Positions 13,360-26,500 of a stretch of DNA of 64,000 nt are shown here, piece after piece (the first letter of the stretch is position 1; every line of letters starts with the position of its first letter). The DNA is taken from NCBI RefSeq assembly GCF_006345805.1, contig NC_043019.1:18723360-18787359 (forward strand). The letters run 5' to 3'. The stretch comes from Octopus sinensis (lineage: Eukaryota). The notes below the pieces were generated by a model, which was given only the letters and a program-made list of their open reading frames with translations, made no database searches and was not told where the DNA came from. Position numbers and translations under genes: made by a program.

Positions 13360-16300
13360 ACATTTTTAATACCCATTCCCACCACTATAACTTCACTTTG
13401 TCTAAGGCAGGATACAATCATGAAATTACTTTTCTTAATCCAGAAAGTATAACTCCTGCTAATAGTAAAAATAATGAGATTTTAAGTGAGAGTGGGAATA
13501 CAGGCTTACTTGGCTGGGAAAACAAACCTTTTAGGAAAGCATCCAACAAACCCATCAATATAGATATAAAGATAAGCAACAACAGGAAATTAGATGCTAT
13601 AACCAGTAGGAATATTAGCTTATATAATGAAGGTAGCGAGGCAATTGGGCAGATTATGCCACTCTCTAAGGATAAGAAAAATACTGATAGTATAGCCATA
13701 CCTAATAATCAAGTCGTGACTTTGGGAGGCATTGAAAGAGCAGGTAGATTCTGCCATTATGTATGTAAGAGGTCTGAAAATAATGATTTGGTTGGGTATA
13801 ACGTTCGCTTCAACTATGCCAGATCCACAAACATATATAAAATTTATGGCAATTTTAGAAAAAAAACTTGCCTGCTTCCCATTGATATAATAGAAAATTT
13901 TCCCATAAGACAGAATCTCGTATTCTACCATCATAGCCACATTAAATAGAAAGAATATAAAATCAGCAGTTTAAACCGCTACAATGAGAATAATATTATT
14001 GGTGATGCAGGAATTAGAAACAACAGTACTAACACATCTAATATGCACAATATAGACTGTAACTCCGAGGTTTATACCAGGCCAGGGATTAGTGACACAA
14101 TACCTGTTGATGCTGAGATGAATTTGAATGACACTACAGTTGAAGGAAGTAGAAATAATAACAAATAAAAATAACACAGACGATAGTAGTAGTAATAATA
14201 ATAATAATAATAATAACAACAATGATAGGAATATCAATAATATTGATAATAGTAATGCTCCTGGTTGCAGTTGTAGAGTTAAATCCCTCTGTCCATTATT
14301 AGGCAAATGTAATTTATAAACGTAATTTATAAATGTAGAATCATAACTGAAGCTGGTAACTTTATATATATAGGATGTTCGATAAATATGAAAAAATGTA
14401 TTAATAACTATTTTTTATCTTTTAGACTCAAACATAAAGCCAAGTGTATGTCCTTATCTAGCAAGATTTCGGAACTGAAAGAAAGTGGGACTGAATTTAG
14501 CCTTAAATGGGATATAATACAGAAAGCGCAGTTTTATAGAGATAGTCGATATGGGTGTGAGCTGTGCTCTATGGAAACTTATGAGATTCTTAAGTATAGG
14601 GACAAGGACAACCTGATTAACAATAGATTAGACCGAAGGGTTTCATGCATGCATAGTGTCACCCAAACATTTAAGTATTTTCAAAACTAACAATCATAGA
14701 TGCCATACTTGAACTTTGATGGTGGAAATTAATTTTGGTGTTGGATCTGTTATAAACTTACCCACTAGAATTAAATATAATAAAATCAGGGGATATTATG
14801 TTATATGGTGAATTAAATTGCATTGCATATATGTTATGGTATGTGGAGTGCTATATGTAATTACTATCCCATGATAACTCCTGCCTCGCTGGTCTGACTT
14901 TTTGGTGATTAAATTATTTTTTTCCTTTCTGTGATGTTCTACTCTATTTATCTTAAATAACATGAATAAGAGAGATGAGTTTTCCTCTTAATGTGTACAA
15001 CAGGCTGTTGCAGTATACACAATTTTTCATGGATGCAGAGTTGGATATTACAAGCTCCAGGAGAGTAAAAGGCTGGGTCCATGTCAAGAATACCCCAATG
15101 TGAAATTATTTCTTTGATCCTGAAATTTCCAAAAGAAGTGGGGTTGAGATGGTGAAGATTTTCCTATCTTTACACTTATACGAGTGCATATGTTATGTAA
15201 CCCTTGACATCATTGGCCTGTTATACATGTGCTATGTTTCTTGACGGTACTTGATGGTTGCATGGTGGCTGTATAGGTCACAACTTTTGAGAAGCAGACT
15301 CCTGCCAGTGGGTCATAGGTGCAGTTACAATTTGGAGTACATAATGGAGCCTGTGAGGGTACATGTTTGTTACTGTTATGGCATGCAACATATTATTTAA
15401 ACATGAGTAGCTAACCTTAACATTTTGAGCATCAAAACAGCTATAATACTTATAGGTACTTGGGAAATGCTGCCTAATTAGGGTCATAAAGGTTTAACTG
15501 ACTTGTGTTCCTATTTGGGGTGTGCGCATATGTACAGACAGACAGACAGATATTTACATAGTTAATAATTAAAAATAAATCAAAAAGAAATTTTAAAAAA
15601 CATGCAAACAGGTAAATCTTCCTACCTGGCAGATAATTAATAGTCAATTGCCAAATGATGCGTGAATTATGTGACAGGTGAAATGTGTACAGTTTTAGAC
15701 TGTTGGGAATATCTTTCAGTTTCCTCACACATCTACTCTTGTAGCCAGAAGCTAACTTTTTGATGGCTAAAACAGTTTGTCTGCGTGTTTTATCTGTTAA
15801 GTCTCTGCTCTTTAAAGTATTCCAAACATCTTGTGTACATATGACTTTCCAATTCAAATTTTCAAATAAATTTTCTTTGAACAAATCTTCATTTTTATTG
15901 TTGTCATCATCATCAGCATCATCTTCGTCATCATCATCGTCATCATCATCCTTCTCAGAGTCTGTCTGTTCACAGTCTTTAATTACATCTGCATTGAAAT
16001 CCATACATATGTCAACTTTTATATCTTGCTCTGTAATTCTTTCAGAAACAGTTTCTCTTCTCTCTTTGATTATCATATTAGATGAATTCATTTCTTCAAA
16101 TTTATATTCAGTTAAAGATTCTATTTTAGCCTTCATTTCACTTTCCAAACTTTCTGGAACAGATTTCAAAGAATTGCTTTCCTGATTTTTTGCCTTCTTT
16201 GACTGTGTTTCAATCTCTGAAATTTCAGGCTGACAGTTAACTGAACGACTTTTCGTTATTTCTTCAAAAGCCTCTGTAGAATTTGAAATTTTGGAATTTT

Positions 16301-17529
16301 TCTTTCGACACTTTTGCTTCTTGAAATTTTTTGCTGTTAAATAGAATAAAGAACTTCATTAAATTTCAAATTATTTTCTCTTATATATTTACAATAATCT
16401 TACCCATTTAACAAAGATAGCCAACAGATTATAATCACTGAGTTGTTAATCCATAACCCAGTACTTAGTATGGATACTCTCCAACAGGGAGTGCAGAAGA
16501 AGGTTTAGTGAAATATTGTTTATATAAAACTAGCAGCTAAGCTCGGTCCCCAGCGGTCTGTTTGGATGATGGGGCTGTGATCGTTTTCTGTTGGGTATAA
16601 TCTATAACAGCGTTTGTCAACCTTATCATTTCGTGTCCCCTGTTTCAGTTGGAACCTCCAGCTATATGAAAATTTCCTGACCCCACCCCGTCAGAAAACA
16701 GCTCCTAAGCAACTGGTTGTTTTAATGGCAGAAGAAAGAAGGAAATTCCATTAGAAAAAGTTTTAATCGCTTTTCTCGGGGTTAGGAAAAAAATACAAAC
16801 TGCATTCCAATGCATGCACCCGTCTCCACATGTGTGCCATTTTTCACGCGAATCCACCCAGCCGTTTGGCTGTGAACCTCAAGACAAAAAAGAATGCAAC
16901 GATCGCCCATGTCCAATTTATATTAGAGATTAAGGATGGCATTTTCTACATTGTATGACATACCAGACGGTACCCCTCATCCTTCTAACCATCAATGCAT
17001 AAAGAAGAAGGTTAATTCTGAGATTATTGTTGTCAATAAAAACCGAGAGTGTATGAGGTTGTTGTAATGCATAAAGTTTGTAATTCCTGCCTGAATTATT
17101 TATTCAACTTTAGAAACAGAAGTGATGTCTCCAACAAGTTCCCCCCGCCCCTCATAGTACCAGGACCGGTTTTAAGTCAGTAAGGCAGATTTGTTCAAAT
17201 TGGGCCTCAAGCCAAGAGAGGGCCCTATGCACAAGCTTCAACAGAGAATGCTAGGATTAATTTTTAGTACATGAAGCCCTCAATGCTTTTTGGTTAGGAC
17301 TAGGGTAGTCCATCAAGCATAAACTATTAGTCTTCAGCTTCTGTAGAGCAGAGGGGCCCCACTTGACAATTCTCTGATTGGGCCCTGCACTTCCTAGCAC
17401 TGACCTTGCTTCACATTTAAAATTATCAGATTTATAACTTGCAGAGATACCTGGCATTGCTTAGGATTAAAATGGTATAGCTTGTGTGTGTATGTAGGTA
17501 TACATACATATATATACATAAATATATAC

Positions 17530-17579
<50 letters not shown>

Positions 17580-20500
17580 AATAAATGGTAAAAATGTAAT
17601 CTTCTCATCAGGAAAGAAAGAGAGCCTATCTCAACAACAAGACATTATAACAATTTTGATGACTGCCTAAATGATAAACAGAACGCTATTAAGTATTTAA
17701 AAAAAACGTTAGTAGACGTTAGCAGACCCTAAGAAGAGAAGGGTTAAAGAAATAATAAGTAGAGAACAAATAAAGAGGGATACGTTGGTTGAAAAAATGT
17801 TCAAAGGCTTAGAAGTAGATTTCTCTATTGAAGTAAAGTGCAAGTTAAACTAAATGTTCAAACTATAAAGACTGGCAAAAATCACTTATATGAGCTAAAG
17901 GTATGTTTCTGCCAGTGCTTACATTTGTAAGATAGGTCTATAAGTGTGTTAACAAGGTGATTCTTAGAGAAGAGAATATGGAAGAGTTCAGAGTTGCAAA
18001 TGTTACAAAATCCTTTGCCCTTGTCATAAGGGAAAGAGATGGACAGGATGAACCAATCTAACTTAAAATCCTTATTGTTGTCTTTAAGATACCAAACCAA
18101 TTTACTTAGCCCTGTGCTATTACATTTACTGCTATCCCTAAATGATAAATAATGATTGGAAATTCTCTTAGATAACTGGGAAGAGGATGTGCCAATGAGA
18201 ATTTGAATAGCATCTGATTTCAACTCCATTTATTTACTTATACTACACAAATAACTGCACATTAACCCAGAGTTTCTACCTTTGAATAGGTCGCTACATC
18301 TTTGTTACTTGCGTGAATTTCGCTACCCTGGTAACTGTTTATTGAATTTTCCATGTTAACAGTAAACAAAGGATAATTCATTCATCCATTTATACATCTC
18401 TTCTCTATATATATAAAAGGCAAGTTGTCTGTCTGTGTGTCTGTGTGTTTGTCAGGTTGTACCCTCACCCTGACCACGGCTTTCAACCGATTCTGATGAA
18501 ACTTGACACACACATAGCCCAATGTCATAATTCAAAACTAATGCAGCGAAAATTTTGAAAAGTTACCCCAGTTCTGAAAAAAATCGATAAATTCGACATG
18601 GGGTCCAGAATCTAAGTTTATCATATGCAACACATTTTCCGTTGCAGTTTCGCAACATGCAATAGATTTTCACCAAACTCATGGTGAAGCTTAATGTTAC
18701 CCTAAGGAACTTAATTCTGACGTTAGTTTTCCATGCAATACCTTACCATCAGAAAAAATCCCATTTTGGGAAATCGTGTTCAAATTCAAGATGACATATT
18801 TTCGACAATATCTTTAACAAATTGGCAGGAATTTTTTTTGAAATTCACAGCGAGCATCATGTCTGCTCCAACGAGCTATATGGCCCTTTTGATTCCAATA
18901 GGATATGTTATTACTGGAAAAAATCGGTTAATTACATCATATGTGGCACACATAGCAAACCGATTTTTCTGCGATATTTTTTGAAAGTTCGCATAGATTT
19001 TCCCTACTTCTTCATGCATGCAAGGTAACGGTGCCTTGAATGCCTTAATGCCTTGGTAATTTATCCAATATTTCTACTGTTCCAATGGGGTATCTGCTTT
19101 CAAAGATAAATCATCATCTTATTTGTATCTTATTGTACACATTTTAACGCTTATAAAAAACAAAATAACGGTTCAATGAGTACAAAAAAGGGTAAAAAGG
19201 TAAAGGGCATTGCTTATCGACAAAGTTTCTTACATACCCGGGCAACGCCGGGCTATGCTGCTAGTATATTATATATTACAGTTATGTTGAAACAGGTGAT
19301 ATGGGAAAGTGTAGCATTGATGACAAAACATCTGTGGATTGGAGTAAATGATGGTCTAATTCAACTGAGTGACATGAAATACGTCCATTTGGAGTATTCC
19401 ATGCCGTAACCTATCATGGAAAATTGGGAGTGGGAGGGGGTATGTATTTTTTTAACCCACTGAAAAGCTGTCAGTGAATATGTTCGCTCTTGAGGTGGTC
19501 AGTGCTGTGTCTAACACTACCCTTTGTATGGTTGACAGTTAAATGAGTGGAGGTGTAATGGAGATATTGTATGTAAATGGGTACATCCTGGAAATGGGCT
19601 GCAATGGGAGACGGCAATGGGGAAGTGAACTGTTGAAATGTTGCAGAAGGCAAAAGGTTGACCTTGGATTGCTGATGTGGATGCAGAATAAGAAACCTGA
19701 AGTGAGCCTATGCAATCACACGAGAATATGTGGTAATGAATTACTTGAAGAAATAAAGCATAATGGCTTCCCATGTGGTTTGCATATAGTATGTCTGTAT
19801 TTTTATATGAAGTGTAAATTCACAAAATAGAAGCAAATGAAAGAAATAGAAGCACATGTACAGAACTGCTAACTTAACAGTAAATGCCACAGTAATTATT
19901 TCAGAGAGGCAAAGAATTATATATATATATAATAACAAAATAATAAATAAAACATATGCATACATACATGTATGTACGTACCTACATCTATATGTATATA
20001 TACATGCATATATGGGTACAGGACACCAAAAACGTCGGACACAATGAGAAACGAAAACATAAAAACAAAACCAATGAAACGGACATTTTTTTAAACAATG
20101 AAAAAACAGAGTAAAAGACATACAACACAAGGAAAATTCCCCTTCTTCAGCCGCCTCTGTTTCATCTACTCCGTGTTTCGAAGGTAAAGGCGAGACACGA
20201 CTTCGTTGAAACATTCCTTCCCGCAAAAGCAAATTAAATAAAATTTGAGATTTTTTGCAGAGGGGTAAAAAATGGTAACAAAAACAGGACAGTAAAAACA
20301 ATACAAATAAAAACAGTAAAAGACAGGACAAGGAGAATAACAGTAACACAAACATTATATATATATATATATATATAATAAAGAGAGAGAGATAATTTGG
20401 TATGTATGTATGTATATATATATATATATATATATACCAAATATATACGTTTTTATTATTATTTTGCAATTTACTTAATCATCGGTATATTATTGTTATT

Positions 20501-23500
20501 TTATTTTTAATATTTCTATTATATGTAATTTTCTAGATGGTGTAATTTAATTGTTCATTTTGAATTGATAAAAGGTGGTTTTTCCTAATTTTTATATATA
20601 TATTTTCTGAAATTTGATTTGGTATTTCTAAATTGAATTTTTCCCTGTAAGTTAGGAATAATATTCCCTCAAATAATTATTATTTTATATATATATATAT
20701 ATAGGATAAATGTCTTAATGTAAGGGTAAATATGTAATTGTGAATATCTTGCAACTGCTGCAATAATTATTAACTGGTAATGGAACGGTAAGTGCATATT
20801 TTTATATATACTTTGAACCTTTCCACCTCATTGCTTTTTTTCTCCAAGAGTTTCACTTCTAGAACTCATGTACATACATTCAGGCATGTCAGTCGTCACA
20901 TGTGTAGATGTGTGGGTGTTTAATAACTTACATAACGTGGAAACACACACACTCATATACTTAGACAGATATATGCTCATACACAAAATGTGACGTTGTC
21001 ATCATTGTTGTTGTGGTATAAAATGTTCCTGAGATACACTCACATGCGTATACTAAGATAGCCACAGAGACATACATTCACGCATGTCAGTTGTTACATA
21101 CGTATATATATATATATATGTGTAGATGTGTGTGTATTTAATAGCGTACCTAATGAAGAAAGACACACACACACTATGAGACATATTCATACACTCACAG
21201 ACAGATACACAGTTATATATAAAATGTGATGTTGTCATCGTCTTATAAAATGTCCTGTTGACAATAGAAAGATTATCACTGTGACATATATTGTCTTAAT
21301 CGAAATGGAAATAAAATTTTGTATTGACACTGACCAGCCCTCACCTGCATATAGCGTGTTTAATAATGTACCTAATGCGGAAAGACACACACACTGTGAG
21401 ACACACACATATTCATACACATACATTCACAGACTGATACACAGTTACATACAAAATGTGACGTCATCGTCACATATGTATACGTGTAGATGGGTGTGTG
21501 TGTGTGTTTAATAACATATGTATATGTGTACATGTGTGTTTAATAACGTACCTAACGCAGAAAGACACACACACTATGAGACACATACAGACTCATACAC
21601 TTACACACATACTCACAGACAAATATAAGTCCCGGGGTCGAGTTGCTCGATTAAAGGCGGTGCTCCAGCATGGCCGCAGTCAAATGAAACAAGTAAAAGA
21701 GTAAGAGTAATTGTCATTGTGGTATCAAATGTCCTGTTGACAATAGAAAGATTGCAGCATGGAAGACGTTTGTAAACCATCCAGGAACACACAAAAACCG
21801 TTTCACTTCAACTTTTAAATTTTCTATTGTGTCAAAATATTTTTGTCACTTTGAAACCACGACCTGTTCACTGAGAAAACTTTGTGTTGCATCTGAGAAA
21901 GTAACAGTTAGTTCATGATATATTTGTGTTTATGTATGTATATGCATGTATGTATATGTGTAAATGTGCATGTATGCATATATGTATGTATGTGAGCATT
22001 TATGTATGTAAGTGTGTAGATGTGTATGTGTGTGTATGTACATGTTCACTATGTTTCCTTTTATTATGCAGGTCAATCATTCCTCAATAAAATCAAAACC
22101 CCTTGTCCGATTGTCTTGAGATTTTTACAGGATGTGTAGGATTACGTATGCCATGTCTCGTGTACTTTTTGTCTAAATCTGTATATTTAGAGCAGAGAGG
22201 AAGAAAAACATACTTTTACAGGGTGTCCCCATTTTGAAATGTTCTTCCTTAATTTCAGATACAGGAAATATCGAAATCGGTTGAAGTAAAGATATAAAAT
22301 CAAAGGAGAAGAAAGAAATGGTGAAACTACTGGGAGAAGGGAATACAACAATTGCAGTTACTAAAAAGTTAAACAGAGATAACAGAGCAAAAAAAGAAAG
22401 AAAAAAAAAAACAGTTACAAAACATTGAGAGAGAAAGAATACGGCAGATGTTGGGTCTCAAGAACATCACTAATAGAGATAAGAGAAAACTCAAAAGAAT
22501 TATCTGCAAGGAAAGTGTGGGTTAACCAGCCAGGAAATCTTTGAAGAAGCAGGAATCTCTAACATACAAAGGAAAAAACTTTGCCCAAAAGAAATAGGCA
22601 AAGTCATAAATTTTGCAAAATTGCCTCCTTTAAATAAAGTAGAAAAAGAAGAAAGAGTGTGATGGGGGCAAAAAAGATATTTGAAGACAGACTTTAGAAA
22701 TGTAATTTTTGTTGTCGATGGAGCTAATGGATGGGTAAGATGCTGGGTGTTGCAATGAATATGGGATGCCATAACTAATCAGTGTCAGTGATAATTTCTA
22801 TAAGAAAGCCTGTAGAGATAACCACAAAAAGATATATATGTATATATATATAACACAAAGTAAGTTAGGGGTTATGGGTGCAACCCACTAAGGGATAGTA
22901 TTTATCCAATATACTGTTGGTAAAGTACCCAAATTCTTAATACATAAATGTTTTTAATTGCAATGCAATTAACTTATTGTATTAAATGAGTGAAGGTAAA
23001 GAAATATTTTACCGTTAATCTCTCTATATATAAACGGCAGTTTGTCTGTCTGTGTGTCTGTCAGGTTGTACCCTCACCCTGACCACGGCTTTCAACCGAT
23101 TCTGATGAAACTTGACACACACATAGCCCAATGTCATAATTCAAAAGTAACGGAGCGAAAATTTTGAAAAGTTCCCCAGTTCTGAAAAAATTGATAAATT
23201 CGACATGGGGTCGAGAATCTAAGCTTTTTATATGCAACACATTTTCTGTTGTAGTTTTCGCAATTTGCAATCGATGTTGGGGGTAAAGTCTCGAATGTAA
23301 TTTCTTCCTGGTAGGAATTGGTTGGGTTGAATTATCGATAGCTGTTTGATAGTTATTTGGGAGTGAAGAGAAGACATTGCAACCTACACATGCGCCTTCA
23401 TTCCCTAGAGGGAAAGGACTAGATTGGGATTAGTCGTTGCCTACTAGGGGCTCTTACATACCCGGGCAATGCTGGGTTATGCTGCTAGTTTATAATACAA

Positions 23501-26500
23501 TTAAGAAAATGGAGAAACAAATTTAGTTTGTTCATCAGCTTTCGGATATTAGAATGTTGGATTATTTATTCATTCAACAAAATGAGAATCTTAATAGCAT
23601 ACATATAGACATTATAATTCAATACATATAAGATAAGAATACAAATGATAAAAGTCATAATATAAATTATTGAAATCATTAAAATCTCTCGTATACACAC
23701 ACACACACATATTGAGCATCGTTAGTCCATTTAGCTAGTTCCCCAAGCCAATCAGTGTTTTCATTGTCTGATCCTCCCACCAGAAGTCTGTTGAATAATG
23801 TCATCTTCCTTACCTCCATCTCCTGCAGGGGTTTCTTGTGTGGTTATTCTTGAGTTGCTTTTGTCAGATTTAGTTCTTTCTTTGCTAGTTGCTCGTCCTT
23901 TTCTTCCATTTGTACTTGATACAATGCCATCACCATGGGAACCATTTTGGGGCTTCGAAGTTGTATCCTCACTTGGGACTAAAATATAAAAGAGGGATAC
24001 ACATTGGCAACAATGAATGGTGATTGTGTTGCTTCGTCTGGTTAAGTTTGCACAGATTCACCAGTCTCAGTCACATCATGGCCTAATGGTTACGGTGTTA
24101 CACTTACAATCTGGTGACCATGGTTCAATTCCTGGATTGGGCAGCATGCTGGGTTCCTGAGCAAAACACTTCATTTCACATTGCTCTAGTGCTGTGTGAG
24201 GACTGACAAGTCAAAGAATAGACCCAATGTTTCCCCTACAGATCATAAAAGATGACTAAAAGAGGTTGAGATATGATTTGAACTCCAACCTCATGAAAAC
24301 CTTCACCAGCAAAGTCTACCTAAACAAACCGATGGGCTGGAGGGTTGCCATCTGAATAGTGCAGAGGGGTCATCCACCAGCATTAGTAAAGAATCACCAA
24401 CAAATGGTGGATGCAGTGACATGTGGTTACGGTGCCTGGCCTCCATTCTGCTACAACTAATCACGTCACTTATTGGAATCCTGCATTCAGGGACTCAATG
24501 AGGAACATCCTCTCTCCAGACAGAGTTGGTTGATGAAGTTTCTTACTGGAAACTGGAAGACCATTCCATTCCTATGGATAATTAAAACTCCCAGGTGTTT
24601 GGCCAGGTGGGCTTTTTTTCTGTTATTGTTTAGCCCAAGGTTACCTGTGAGTCAGTAAACCAATAATCAAATGGTAATCCAGCTGTGACCATCCCAATAC
24701 TACATTGTTCAATGTATTGTAATTAAGATCCTCACTTCACAACCACATGGTTTCAGGTTCAGTCCCACTGCATGGCACCCTGGGTTGGTAGATGAAAATG
24801 TGAAGAAGCCTATTGTGTGTGTATCTTTTTTATTTGTGTTAGCCCTCCACACATACTCCATTGCTTGACAACAGATGTTGGTTTGTTTATGTTCCATTAA
24901 CTTAGAGATTTGGTCAAAGAAACTGGTGAAATAAGTAGCAGACTTAAAGATAATTCCCAGGACCAATTTCTTTGACGAAACACTTCATGGCTGCAGTCAA
25001 ATAACTGAAACAAGTTAAAGCTGAAAAATCTCCACTGGATTTGTCTGGAAGGAAGGTGTCTTTCCATAGCCTTCATATGCCAGGTGAGATTGTGATAATC
25101 AACATTCCTAATTAGCAGTGCAGGTGAGAGCTCTAAAATAAAAGCAGGAGTAAGACTGGAAGCAGGAAAAGTCAAAGAAAGAATGGTGTCTGCTGGCAAC
25201 GGAAGGATTCTCTCTCGGCACAAAGGAGGAGGAGATTGTATGAGGCTTGTCTACACAAAATTGCTATTGCTTTGGTGGCACAACAACGACATTGCAAACA
25301 GGCGACATATGGAGGCTGCAAAGAAATGAAACATCATCATCATCATCGTTTAACATCCACTTTCCATGCTGGCATGGGTTGGATGGTTTGACTGAGGACT
25401 GTGAACCAGATGGCTGCACCAAGTTCCAATCTTGATCTGGCAGAATTTCTACAGCTAGATGCCCTTCCTAATGCCAACCACTCTGAGAATGTAGTGGGTG
25501 ATTTTACATGCCACTGGCACATGGGCTAGTCAGGCGGTTCTGGCAATGACCACGCTCAAAAGGTGTTTTTTTATGTTCCACCTGCACAGGAGCTAGTCCG
25601 GCGACACTGGCAACGACTACGCTCAAATGTTGTTTCTCACGTGCCACCAGCACTTGTGTTGGTAAGGCGATGCTGGCAACGATCACGCTCGAATGGTTGG
25701 AAGTGCAATTAGCATGCCGATTATTCCGTCAAACACGTAATCCTTATTTATCCACATTGTTTTGGATTAACCATGCACTATCTCATAGCTTTGAGACTTC
25801 AATGATGTGATTGTTTATTTTTAGAATGACATTGCAGGGTAGGTGTGAGAGGCAAGATTCGGTCAGTTTGAACATAAAACAAGAGAATATTTTGGCCAGA
25901 TAATCCTAAAGGGTCAAGTTACATGAATATAATCAGTTTTGCATTGTAATGTTTGTGTTAATCTGTCTGAGAGATACTCAGCCATCAAAGGCTATTAGGC
26001 CAACAACAGCCAGATTTTTAAATTTCTATTCATTTTCCCACCTGAGCTAGTAATAGGACAAAACTGGTGTAAAACTGTATTCTTACCTTCTGACAAAGGT
26101 TGAAGCAAAATCTGAAATGAATTAAAGAAAAAGTTAAAACCATTTTGGAATTTGTGCATCAGCATAAATATTCCTAGGTGTGTGTGTCCATATGAGTGTA
26201 TATAGGCACACACACACAAGTATACATATATATCTTTTTTTTTTTGTTGGAAGCACTCCGTCGGTTACGACGACGAGGGTTCCGGTTGATCCAATCAACG
26301 GAACAGCCTGCTCGTGAAATTAACGTGTAAGTGGCTGAGCACTCCACAGACACGTGGGATATTCAGCGTGACATAGAGAGTGACAAGGCCAGCCCTTTGA
26401 AATACAGGTACAACAGAAACAGGAAGTAAGAGTGGGAGAAAGAATGGTGAAAGAGTTCAGCAGGGATCACCACCATCCCCTGCCGGAGCCTCGTGGAGCT

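Noticed and set aside
18493-18503. CTGATGAAAC in the Helitron copies (also about 23102) as a hammerhead core
   Set aside because: No stem II between the boxes; it is part of the common Helitron CCGATT..GATGAAAC motif.
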